From Mustelus asterias (Eukaryota), in assembly GCF_964213995.1 (NCBI RefSeq), contig NW_027590190.1:496001-560000 (forward strand): DNA of 64,000 bases. The letters run 5' to 3'. Within the stretch, counting starts at the first letter, position 1. Each line of letters opens with the position of its first letter. Shown one piece after another: positions 1 through 11,436 of this stretch. The notes beneath the pieces were generated by a model. That model was not told the origin of the DNA and ran no database searches. It saw nothing but the letters and a program-made list of their open reading frames with translations. Position numbers and translations under genes: made by a program.

Positions 1-396
1 GTGAGTGTGTGTCTGTGTGTGTGTCTCTGTGTCTTTGTGCATGTGTGTCTGTGAGTGTGTGTTTGTGTCTCTCTGCGTGTGTGTCTGTGAGTGTCTGTGT
101 GTCTCTCTCTTTGTCTGTGTGTCTGTATCTCTGAGTGCGTGTGCGTCTGTGTGTGTGTGTCTGTATCTCTGTGAGTGCGTGTGCGTCTGTGTGTCTGTGT
201 GTGTGTGTTTGTCATGATCTGTTTGAGTGGGGGAGCAGGCTCAATGGGTCAAATGGCCTCCAACTGCACATATTTGAGATTCAAATACATTGACACACAT
301 GCATGCTGACACTCACACACACACACAGACACACAGACACACACACACACAGACACAGACACAGACACACACACACACACAGACACACACACAGAG
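1..396. repeat. Degenerate (TG)n tract, short CR1-tail spacer, then (CA)n tract
   Basis: TG-rich 1-212, CA-rich 293-396; same layout at 27916-28380 and 19076-19367. Confidence 0.85.
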
Positions 397-2892
397 AAAT
401 ATATACACAGTATTGACATATTTATTGACCATTTAATGTGACTGAATGCTACACATCCTGGTTTGCCGATGACACAAAACATTAGTCAGCATTGTAAGCA
501 GCGTAGCTGGAAACATCACATTGCAAAGAGTTATTCATATTTTGTACATGGACAAAACTGGTGGAGAGGTTTCAGTGCAGGGAAATGTAATTTGACACAA
601 CTTAGATTTAAAAGGGATAGAACAACGTACTTTAATAAATGATGAAATGACAGAAACAGTGGAAGCTCCAAATGTCCAGATATTTCACAGCTGAATTCGC
701 ACAAAACACACAGCAATGGATCTGATATTGCGGATTTGTTGTAAATGTGGTTAATCTCAGTACGGAGGCTGTCTTCATGTTACAATGTTAATCTGATCAC
801 TCTCATCAAAACAGGGTCAACATTTCTGTACAATGTGAGTGAATCATCAGCTCAAATAGTTCAGGTTCAATGTTTAAAATAACCAGTCACTTTTCTGTGG
901 CTGCTTTGGGAATGTCAGTGGAATGTAGTTCACAGTAAAGTGCGAACAATTGTATTGGGGAATAATTGGAAGCAGTTTCCATTGAGAGCTTCCTGCATTC
1001 TGGAAATGTGTGTGATCCATTCAGAGATAGGAAATGGACGGATGAATAAAGATGCAGTTTGTTGTGAATTACATGAGATTGTCTGCCTTGAAGATTCACA
1101 AGTTCCATGTGCTGAGAGAAAGGAATGATTAAACAATGTCTATAATTCAAATCCTTCAGACAAGTGAAAAAGCAGGAGAACAACTGAATCCACAAACGCT
1201 GCCACAGACAGTATTCGAAGCTTCAACTTCATGTTTGAATGTGAAGGGCTGATTGAAATAAACAGGAGGCCACAGTGGGATGCTGAGCAATTTGATTCCT
1301 GTTTTTCCTAAACTTCAAAATAAAAATCTGTGATGAAACATTCCTTGGACAGAGCAGAGGGAATTTTACTCTGTATTTAGCCCATTACAGTATTTGTGTT
1401 GGGAACATTTGATGAACAGTGCAGATTAAACATTATTCTTAACCGCTGGAATTTAAGTTGGGGGCTGATTTAATCAAACATTGAAAATAATGAGGGAAAG
1501 GGAGAGGCTGATAAGGAACAAGTTTTTCTGCTGGCTGGGAACTCCAGGATTTGGGAATATTTGAATGTTAGCCTCAGTTTAGAATTGTCGAAATGGAAAC
1601 ATTGCCAGATGTGGTGTGGAGTTAGTTTGAAACAATCTTCTGCAAATGGCTATTGATGCTCAGTCACTTGTTATTATTTTAAATCTGGGGTTGATAGATT
1701 TTTCTTAGTCCAAGGGGTTAAGAGACAGAGAGTTAGATCACAGATCAGCCAGGATCTTATTGAATATTGGAACAGGCTTTCAGGAAGATTGTTCCAGATT
1801 CCAAACACCCTCTTGATGAAGTGCTTTTCCTCACTTCACTTCTGATCCATTTCCCCATCATTTAGAATCTGTGCCCTCTAGTTCATGACCATCTCTTGAG
1901 AGGGAAGAGTTTCTCACTCTTTAACCTGTTGATACCCCTTAGGATCTTGAATCTCTCTCTCTCAAGTCTCCCCTCAGCCTTCTTTTCTCCAAGGAAAACA
2001 GTCCCAACCTCTCCAATCTACCCTCGTGGCTACGGATCTTATTCCCTGGAATCATTCTTGTGAATCTCCTCTGCACTCTCTCCAATGTCTTCACATCCCT
2101 CCTCAAGTACGGTGCCCAGAACTGGGCGCAATCTCCAGATGAGGCCTAACAAGTGTCTTATACAAATTCAATATGAACTCCTTACTCTTGTCCTCAATCC
2201 CTCCATTAATAAAAGCTGGGATACCATATACTTCATTTACTGCTCTCTCAAAGTGCCCTGCCACCTTCACTGACGTATGTACATATTAGAATCATGGAAT
2301 CCCTACAGTGCAGAAGGAGGCCATACAGCCCATCGAGCCTGCGCTGACAACATTCCCACCCAGGCCCTATCCCCGTGATGCAACGTATTTACCCTGATAA
2401 TACTGGCATGAATTGAGAAATGGTTAACGGACAGAAAACAGAGCTTAGGCACAAATGGGTCATTTTCAGGGTGGCAGGCTGTGACCAGCGGCTTATCACA
2501 AGGATCAGTACTCGGGAGCCCAGCTATTCACAATCCATATCATTGATTTGGACGTTTGGGATCAAATGTAATATTTCCGAGTTTGCAGATGACATGAAAG
2601 CATTTGGAAGTGTGAGTTGTGAGGAGGATGTAGACTCTTCAAGGGGATGTGGGAGAGGCTGAATTAGGTGGTGAAACCACACACGGAGTGTTGTGGACAG
2701 TTTTATCCTCTTACCTAAGGAAAGATATTCTTGTCCGAGAGGGACTTCAATGACATTTCACTGCATTAATTCCTGGGATGGAGGGATTGTCCTCTGAGGA
2801 AAGAAAATGGACTTTTACTTTATGCACTTGAGAAGCATGAGAGGTGACCTCATTCAAACTTGGACAATTCTTACAGGGCTCAGCAGGGTCGA

Positions 2893-3615
2893 GTCATAGA
2901 GGTTTACAGCATGGAAACGCGCTTTGGCCCAAATTGTCCATGCCGCCCAGTTTTTACCATTAAGCTAATCACAATTGCCTGTGTTTCGCCCATGTCCCTC
3001 TATACCAATCTTACCCATGTAACTGTCTAAATGCTTTTTAAAACATAAAATTGTACCCGCCCCTACTACTGCCCCTGGCAGCTCATTCCAGACACTCACC
3101 ACCCTCTGTGTGAAAAGAATTGCCCTCTGGACCCTTTTGTATCTCTCCCCTCTCACCTTAAACCTATGCCCTCTAGTTTTAGACTCCCCTACCTTTGGGA
3201 GAAGATATTGACTATCTAGCTGATCTATGCCCCTCATTATTTTATAGACCTCTATAAAATCACCCCTCAGTCTTCTACGCTACAGGGAAAAAAGTCCCAG
3301 TCTGTACAACCTCTCCTTAAAACCCAAACCATCATGTCCCGGTAGCATCCTAGTAAATCTTTTTTGCACTCTTTCTAGTTTAATAATATCCATTCTAAAA
3401 TAGGGTGAGCAGAACTGTACACAGTATTCCAAGCGTGGCCTTAACAATGTCTTGTACAACTTCAACAAGACATCCCAACTCCTGTATTCAATGTTCTGAC
3501 CAATGAAACCAAGCATGCTGAATGCCTTCTTCACCACTCTGTCCCTGTGACTCCACTGTCAAGAAGCTATGAACCTGTACCCCGAGATCTCTTTGTTCTA
3601 TAACTCTCCCCAACC
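2893..3615 (-). mobile_element. CR1 LINE 3' fragment (paralog ~14900-15620)
   Basis: RPRLEYCVQF, LERVQKRFTRMLPG, TRGHRFKV, FTQRVVSVWN motifs typical of the CR1 ORF2 C-terminus. Confidence 0.85.
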
Positions 3616-3745
3616 CCCAAACGTTAGCTGAGTAGATACAGGAAGAATGTTTCCCCCGGCTGGGGGCGGGGGGGCGGGGGGGGCTGGTGGTGTCTAGAAC
3701 CATGGCATAGTCACAGAGTAAGGGGGCAGGACATTTAGGACTGAG

Positions 3746-4825
3746 ATAAGAACATAAGAAATAGGAGCAGGAGTAGGCCATCTAGCCCCTCGAGCCTGCC
3801 CCGCCATTCAATAAGATCATGGCTGATCTGAAGTGGATCAGTTCCACTTACCCGCCTGATCCCCATAACCCCTAATTCCCTTACCGATCAGGAATCCATC
3901 TATCCGTGATTTAAACATATTCAACGAGGTAGCCTACACCACTTCAGTGGGCAGAGAATTCCAGAGATTCACCACCCTCTGAGAGAAGAAGTTCCTCCTC
4001 AACTCTGTCCTAAACTGACCCCCCTTTATTTTGAGGCTGTGCCCTCTAGTTCTAGCTTCCTTTCTAAGTGGAAAGAATCTCTCCACCTCTACCCTATCCA
4101 GCCCCTTCATTATCTTATAGGTCTCCATAAGATCCCCCCCTCAGCCTTCTAAATTCCAACCAGTACAAACCCAATCTGCTCAGTCTCTCCTGATAATCAA
4201 CACCCCTCATCTCTGGTATCAACCTGGTGACCCTTCTCTGCACTCCCTCCAAGGCCAATATATCCTTCCGCAAATAAGGGGACCAATACTGCACACAGTA
4301 TTCCAGCTGCGGCCTCACCAATACCCTGTACAGATGCAGCAAGACATCTCTGCTTTTATATTCTATCCCCCTTGCGATATAGGCCAACATCCCATTTGCC
4401 TTCCTGATCACCTGTTGCACCTGCAGACTGGGTTTTTGCGTCTCATGCACAAGGACCCCCAGGTCCCTTTGCACAGCAGCATGTTGTAATTTCTTTCCAT
4501 TTAGATAATAATCCAATTTGCTATTATTTTCTCCAAAGTGAATAAACTCGCATTTGTCAACGTTATACTCCATCTGCCAGTTCCTCGCCCACTCACTCAG
4601 CCTGTCCAAATCTCTCTGCAGACCTTCTACGCCCTCCGCACGATTCACTTTTCCACTTATCTTTGTGTCGTCTGCAAACTTTGTTACCCTACACTCAGTC
4701 CCCTCCTCCAGATCGTCTATATAAAAGGTAAATAGTTGAGGCCCCAGTACCGATCCCTGCGGCACGCCACTAGTTACCATCCGCCAACCAGACAAGCACC
4801 CATTTATTCCGACTCTCTGCTTCCT
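3746..4825 (-). mobile_element. CR1 LINE fragment with RT core (paralog 15778-16767)
   Basis: VPQGSVLGPQLF...KFADDTK RT motifs; short tandem 3' tail (ataagaacataagaa on + strand). Confidence 0.9.
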
Positions 4826-4849
4826 GTGAGGAGGAATTTCTTCCCTCAG

Positions 4850-5295
4850 AGTCATAGAGTGGTACAGTGAAGAAAAGGCCCTTCGACCCATTGAGTCTGC
4901 ACCAACAGTAACTTCCACTAAAGTTGTGCTAATCCAATTTTCCATCTCTTGTACCATATCTTTGAATGTTGTGATGTTTCAAGTGCTCATCCAAATGCTT
5001 TTGGAAGGTTGTAAGGTTTCCGACCTCCACTGCCTTCCCAGGCAGTACATTCCTGATTCCCATCACCCTCTGAGTGAATGTTTTTCTCAACTCTCTTCTG
5101 AATCTCCTGCCCTTTGCCCTAAAACTATGTCCCCTCATGATTGACCCCTCAACCAAGGGGAACAGCTGTTTCCTATTCACCCTGTCCATACCCCTCATAA
5201 TCTTATACACCTCAATCAGCCTTCTCTGCTCTAAAGAAAACAATCCAAACCTTTCCAGTCTCTCCTTATAGCTCAAATACTCCATCCCAGGCAAC
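4850..5295 (-). mobile_element. CR1 LINE 3' fragment
   Basis: LSYKERLERFGLFSLEQRRL...RGHSFR...FTQRV. Confidence 0.8.
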
Positions 5296-6180
5296 TTGCT
5301 GCTCCATATGCGACTGTGAGAATTGTCACAGATCAATCCCAATATCAGTGAGTAATCTCCAATGCAATAGTTTGTGACCAGGTTGTGCAACATGCATTGA
5401 AATGTGGCAATATGGAAGTTGGTTCACTCAGTTGGCTGGACAGCTGGTTTGAGATGCACAAAGTCTCCAACACGTCATGAAAGCCCAACCCTTTCAACCT
5501 TTCCCCTGGCCTGAGGTGTGGTAAATCACCGCCAGTGAGTTCTCCCCCTCAAAGGGGAGAGCAGCAGATCGTCATCTGGGACTGTGGTCACTTTCCCTTT
5601 ACCGATGTTCAACTTTATTTCCCTTCCTCAATTTCTGCTCATCTGCAAGAGACTCGAGCGAAATTCACCCAATCTTTCAACACCAATATTACACACACAA
5701 TACTGGAGCAATTGGACATTTCACACAACACCCAATAGCTGGTAACAAGACCAAACAAAAACTGTTCCAAACAAGAGTGGTGGCACCAGCTGACCCACAC
5801 AAATATATAACTTGAAAGGAATGTTTGTCTATCCATCCAGCTGACTCTCTTTCTCTGTCTACCTAACAGAGAGATTTTTCAGTGCAGTAACAACTGAAAC
5901 AGGGTAAAATGTAGGAATAAGAAAGACAGGAACTTGTGTAAAATAAAACTGAGACACAGGTGAGTTGAGTAATGAATGAAACAAGGCCGAACACAGCAGT
6001 ATCTCCGATGATGCTGAATGTAAGAGAAACAGATCAAATCTATTCCTGGGGAAGTGCAGCAACAGCTTAGAAATTGTCGGGTGTGGTGTAGATAGAGGCA
6101 TGGCTGCGTGCGTCAATAACTGTGACTTCACTGAGTGCATTGGAAACAGTGACATAGTTGAGTGAAGCAATAACTAAGTA

Positions 6181-7025
6181 AACAAAGAACAAAGAACAAT
6201 ACAGCACAGGAACAGGCCCTTCGGCCCTCCAAGCCCGCGCAGCTCCCCGGTCCAGGATTGAATCCTGAATCCAGGACCCCCGCCCATTTTTCCAGCCTAT
6301 CTACATACCAATATCCTATCCACCGAGCTGTCCCTCACAGCTACGATGCTTTGTTCATTACAACCTATTAACTCACCCCCACCCCCCCATTCCAGACCAT
6401 GTGATCTCCAGGGAGAGGCGAAAACCCAGAGTGAAAAACCCCAGGGCCAATATGGGGAAAAAGAATCTGGGAAATTCCTCTCCGACCCCCTGAGGCGATC
6501 GAAACGAGTCCAGGAGATCACAATGGCCCCGATCGGAAAATGCTTCCCAACCCTAGTCATTTCCACTTCCACGAACACCATATGAATTGAAACGAGAAAC
6601 AAGGAACAATTAGCCCGTGCTGCTCCCTGGTCCAAACTAGACCACTCTTTTGTATCCCTCCATTCCCACTCCGTTCATATAGCTGTCGAGATAAGTCTTA
6701 AACGTTCCCAGTGTGTCCGCCTCCACCACCTTGCCCGGCAACACATTCCAGGCCCCCACGACCCTCTGTGTGAAATATGTCCTTCTGATATCTGTGTTAA
6801 ACCTCCCCCCCTTCACCTTGAACCTATGACCCCTCGTGAACGTCACCACCGACCCGGGGAAAAGCTTCCCACCGTTCACCCTATCTATGCCTTTCATAAT
6901 TTTATACACCTCTATTAAGTCTCCCCTCATCCTCCGTCTTTTCAAGGAGAACAACCCCAGTTTCCCCAATCTCTCCTCATAACCAAGCCCCTCCATACCA
7001 GGCAACATCCTGGTAAACCTCAGGC
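6181..7025 (-). mobile_element. Young CR1 3' fragment with long 3' UTR
   Basis: RFTRMLPGMEGLGYEERLGKLGLFSL; near-identical to 26667-27667; TTCTTTG tail. Confidence 0.85.
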
Positions 7026-7115
7026 AACATCCTGGTAAACCTGGTAAAGACCAATTGTAGTATATACAGAGGGATAGCCCCATGCATTAAGAAGAAAAAC
7101 TGTATCTAGTTTGTA

Positions 7116-7403
7116 GGGGTGGCACAGTGGTTAGCACTGCAGCCTCTCAGCGCCAGGGACCCGGGTTCGATTCCCGACTTGCGTCACTGTCTGTGTGGAG
7201 TCTGCATGTTCTCCCCGTGTCTGGGTTTCCTCCGAGTGCTCCGGTTTCCTCCCACAGTCTGAAAGACATGCTGTTCGGTGGATTGGCCATGCTAAATTCT
7301 CCCTCAGTGAAGCCGAACAGTGCCGGAGTGTGGCAACTAGGGGATTTTCACAGCAACTTCATTGCAGTGTTAATGTAAGCCTACTTGTGACACTAATAAA
7401 TAA
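7116..7403 (+). mobile_element. tRNA-headed V-SINE (shark HE1-like)
   Basis: A-box-like TGGCACAGTGG, B box GGTTCGATTCC, V-domain tgcatgttctccccgtgtct...ccggtttcctcccacag, AATAAA tail. Confidence 0.85.
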
Positions 7404-8189
7404 CATTGAAACTGTATGAAGTGTTATATACACAGATACAGTGCTGAGGCAAAGAGAAATGGAGACATGCTCCACGTTCATTACCCAGACATGGTCTAGT
7501 TTATTTTTTATAAAGAGTGACATGGTTAAATGCAGTGATAATTTAAGCAGGTCCCCTCCCTAACAGCACTGTGGGTGTACCTACACCACATAGACAGCAG
7601 CGGGTTCAAGACGGCAGCTCACCACCACCTTCTCCAGGGCAACTAGGAATGGGCAATAAATGCTGACCTAGCCAGTGACACCCACATCACAAGAATCAAT
7701 AAATATTCATCTAACCCAGCACATTGTCCAATGAAATATCAATCCATACATGGTATTAATACAGTGAGAACTCAAAAAGGGTTGATTGTAGTGTCCACAG
7801 CAGCATGGTGTCATGTAGTATTCACTGAGACAACTGAGCGTATAAACAGCGACTGGGTTGAGTGCAGTGATAACTGGGAAAGGAGCGAATGTCCGGGATT
7901 CTCCGGCTGTTCACTCGTGGGGAATTCTCTGCTCTCGTACCCCTGCCTCTGGTTTCCTGCTAGCGTGAGGTGACTTCAATGGGAAATCCCATTGACAGCG
8001 ACAGGACCAAAAACTCCCTCTGCTAGTGAACGGTGTGTCACCTCTCACTGCCCAGAAAGCTGCTGAGGGGAGACTGGAGGATCCCAGAAACTATGTTAAA
8101 AATAGTCATATTGGCAACAGCAGGAAAATATTACATCCCAAACTCAGTAATATTCACAATGATATTCTCCAATCAGCTGAAGGGCAGCA

Positions 8190-8563
8190 TTTACTGATAC
8201 AAGACCCAGATTGTAATAACTGAGGGAGGTTTCGGGCAGAGATTACTGATACAAGGCCCAGATTGTAATAACTGAGGGAGGTTTCGGGCAGAGATTACTG
8301 ATACAAAGCCCAGATTGTAATAACTGAGGGAGGTTTCGGGCAGAGATTACTAATAACAGGCCCAGATTGTAATAACTGAGAGGTTTCGGGCAGAGTTTAC
8401 TGATACCAGGCCCAGATTGTAATAACTGAGAGAGGTTTCGGGCAGAGATTACTGATACAAGGCCCAGATTGTAATAACTGAGAGAGGTTTCGGGCAGAGT
8501 TTACTGATACAAGGCCCATATTGTAATAACTGAGAGAGGTTTCGGGCAGAGTTTACTGATACA
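8190..8563. repeat. 52-bp minisatellite, ~7 copies
   Basis: Unit gagaggtttcgggcagagattactgatacaaggcccagattgtaataactga. Confidence 0.9.
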
Positions 8564-8816
8564 TGATCCGGCAGGATTTACTGTTTGATAATCCAGCTGT
8601 TTGGCCCCGTTATGAGCACACCTTCCATGGCCATCAAGTCCACAAGTCGGCCTTGAACCCTTGAAGAATGAGAGGCGATCCCATTGAAACAGACTTAAAA
8701 TTCTTACAGGGAGTGACAGGGTGGATGTAGATTGGATGTTTCCCCTGGCTGGTGAGACTAGAACCAGGGGACACAATCTCAGAATCAGGGGCAGACCATT
8801 GAAGACTGAGATAACA

Positions 8817-9138
8817 NNNNNNNNNNNNNNNNNNNNNNNNNNNNNNNNNNNNNNNNNNNNNNNNNNNNNNNNNNNNNNNNNNNNNNNNNNNNNNNNNNNN
8901 NNNNNNNNNNNNNNNNNNNNNNNNNNNNNNNNNNNNNNNNNNNNNNNNNNNNNNNNNNNNNNNNNNNNNNNNNNNNNNNNNNNNNNNNNNNNNNNNNNNN
9001 NNNNNNNNNNNNNNNNNNNNNNNNNNNNNNNNNNNNNNNNNNNNNNNNNNNNNNNNNNNNNNNNNNNNNNNNNNNNNNNNNNNNNNNNNNNNNNNNNNNN
9101 NNNNNNNNNNNNNNNNNNNNNNNNNNNNNNNNNNNNNN
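8817..9138. other. N gap (others at 11994-12140, 12207-12419, 18563-18698)
   Basis: Runs of N, each next to TG/CA microsatellite or at its paralogous position. Confidence 0.99.
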
Positions 9139-9590
9139 GTGTGCGTGTTTTGTGTGTGTGCGTGTTTTGTGTGTGTTGGTGTGTGCGTGTTTTGTGTGCG
9201 TACGTGCCCCATGATCAGTTTGAATGCTGGCGCAGGATCGATGGGCCAAATGGCCTACACCTGCTCCTATTTTCCTTTGAGTTTTAAATACATTGACACA
9301 CACACCGGAGTGTGGGCGACTAGGGGATTCTCACAGTAACTTCATTGTAGTGTTAATGTAAGCCTACTTCTGAGACTAATAAATAAACTGAAACTGAAGG
9401 TCAAGGTGCTGCTGTGACAATGCACTCTTGTTTAAACACTCTGCAATGCTGAGACTGGGAGAAGTGACCAACAGGGGGCAGCATTGCAGCTTCTGTCTCC
9501 CTATTGAAACTGGGATTGTTGCTCCATCTGCTGCACAATCCCAACCCCATCCACTGGGGGCAATCTGGACAATGGCTGCAGACAGACCTC

Positions 9591-9780
9591 ACTGCGCATG
9601 CGAGGCAATGACACCCACCGCCGGCGGCCATTTTGCGTTGCCAAGGGAGACGGCCAGCGGCCATATTCCGTTGCCAACGGAGATGGCGGCGACCATCTTG
9701 CGTTGCCAGGGGAGACGGCATCGATGCGGCGGCGTCCCGCGCGCTGACCTCTGGGTGCATTCCCGTCCCGCACATGCGCA
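9591..9780. promoter_or_regulatory. CpG-rich promoter with NRF1-, YY1- and RFX-like motifs (copy 1)
   Basis: tgcgcatgcg; three ~33-bp units each with G(G/A)CCATnTT followed by GTTGCC-n-GGAGA(C/T); ~1 kb upstream of the ZNF exon. Confidence 0.6.
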
Positions 9781-10725
9781 CAGGCAGCCCCCGGCAGCGT
9801 CACAGCGACGCCTGGTGGCCAGGAAGGGCAATAGCAGCAGCACAGTCTCTGCCCAAAGGCTTCCCCAGTTCAGCTGCTCAGAGACACTGGGAATGTCTTC
9901 AAGTGGAAACTTCAGCTTCTCACATTCACCGCCTGTGTTCAGTCATTGTTTCCTAGACAACCTCTGTAGTCACATCACAAACAACTTGTTCACATTGAAG
10001 GCCATGGCAATCTGGACCATTCGGCTTCAAAGCCATTGAGCTTTGAAACTTCAATTGAAATGTTGGAGATGAGAGTTTATCGATGCAAGTCATGTTGCAT
10101 GTGGAACGCTCATGATGCCACAATTAGAGCGGTGCAGACATCTCACAGGGTTGTGTGACTGGAGGAGATGTCAGAGACGGGCTGGTTAAATATAGAGGGA
10201 CAGGGTCTGAAGCTAAGTTTTGGGTAAAAGATGGCAGTAATGTTGTGACATTAATTTAGCTTCAGATAGTTGCTGGGGAGGGGGATAGAGAGGTTGGGGA
10301 GTGATGTTTGTATTGGGGCAATCTCTCTCTCTCTCTCATCATGTATAGATATGAATCCATCTCTCACTCTCTATCTCTCTTTACCCATTGTGTCCAGAGT
10401 CTTGTGAAGGCGCAGGCCGGTGGCAGGTTCTGTTTCCTGAAGGACATTACCGAACCTGTCAGATTATTGTGACAATCCAGTAGTTTTCATGATCACTTTT
10501 TCCTCGCGCCGGCCCCACCAATGATCAGATTCATTCAGCTCAATTTCACAATCTGCCTTTGTGTTTTTGTGGGTTCTCTCTCAGTTCCTTTTTTCTGTTC
10601 TAACTCAATTTCCCAGGGTTTTAGAAGAGGAGGATTTGCAGTTGGGAAACTGAAACCAAATATGATATCGAAACCTGCTGGAGTTAGCCAATTTATTGTA
10701 ACCTGACTATCATTGTGTTTTGAAC

Positions 10726-11436
10726 ATGGAAGGAAAAAGCACCGTTTTTAGGGGAGAGAACCTGTACACGTGTTCTGTGTGTGGACAAGACTTCAGCCAA
10801 TCATCCAGCCTTTCAGAACATAATTGCAGTCACAACAGGGAGAAGCTGTGGAAATGTGGGGACTGTGGGAAGGGATTCGATTACCCACCCCAGCTGGAGA
10901 TTCATCGGGGCAGTCACAGTGGGGAGAGACCATTCACCTGCTCCCAGTGTGGGAGGGGATTCACTCCGTCAAACAGCTTACATATACACCAGAGAACTCA
11001 CACTGAGGAGAGGTCATTCACCTGCTCCCAGTGTGGGAGGGGATTCACTCAGTCAAACAGCTTACATATACACCAGAGAACTCACACTGAGGAGAGGCCT
11101 TTCACCTGCTCCCAGTGTGGAAAGGGATTCATTACCTCATCCCATCTGCTGAAACATGGGCGAATCCACACTGGAGAGAGGCTGTTCACTTGCTGTGTGT
11201 GTGTGAAGAGATTCACTCAGTCTTCAAACCTCTTTATATGCCCTGTTTGCCCTGTCTTTATATGCCCTGTTTGTGAACAGAATTCCCACTCACCTGAAGA
11301 AGGGGCTTGGAGCTCCGAAAGCTTGTGTGGCTTTTGCTACCAAATAAAGCTGTTGGACTTTAAGCTGGTGTTGTTAAACTTCTTACTGTGTTTACCCCAG
11401 TCCAACGCCGGCATCTCCACATCATGTTCTGCCTGA
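10726..11436 (+). pseudogene. C2H2 zinc-finger gene copy 1: 5 complete fingers plus a 6th cut by a Penelope-like repeat
   Basis: CxxC..HxxxH repeats with TGERP-like linkers; splice acceptor tcccag|g at 10616/10617; ATG 10726; frame reads on into the repeat. Confidence 0.85.
11231..11426 (+). mobile_element. Penelope-like pseudo-LTR fragment with hammerhead-like core (copy 1)
   Basis: CTGAAGA-a-ggggc-ttgga-gctcc-GAAA-gctt, followed by AATAAA; interrupts a zinc finger. Confidence 0.6.

Noticed and set aside
7116-7200. tRNA-like A/B boxes
   Set aside because: SINE head, continuous with the V-domain; not a tRNA gene
8190-8563. Regular repeats suggestive of a CRISPR array
   Set aside because: Contiguous units without unique spacers; eukaryotic minisatellite
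9428-10039. ~200-230-aa ORFs over the CpG promoter (also 24568-25263, 29526-30140)
   Set aside because: TTG starts, frames differ among the three copies, no domain
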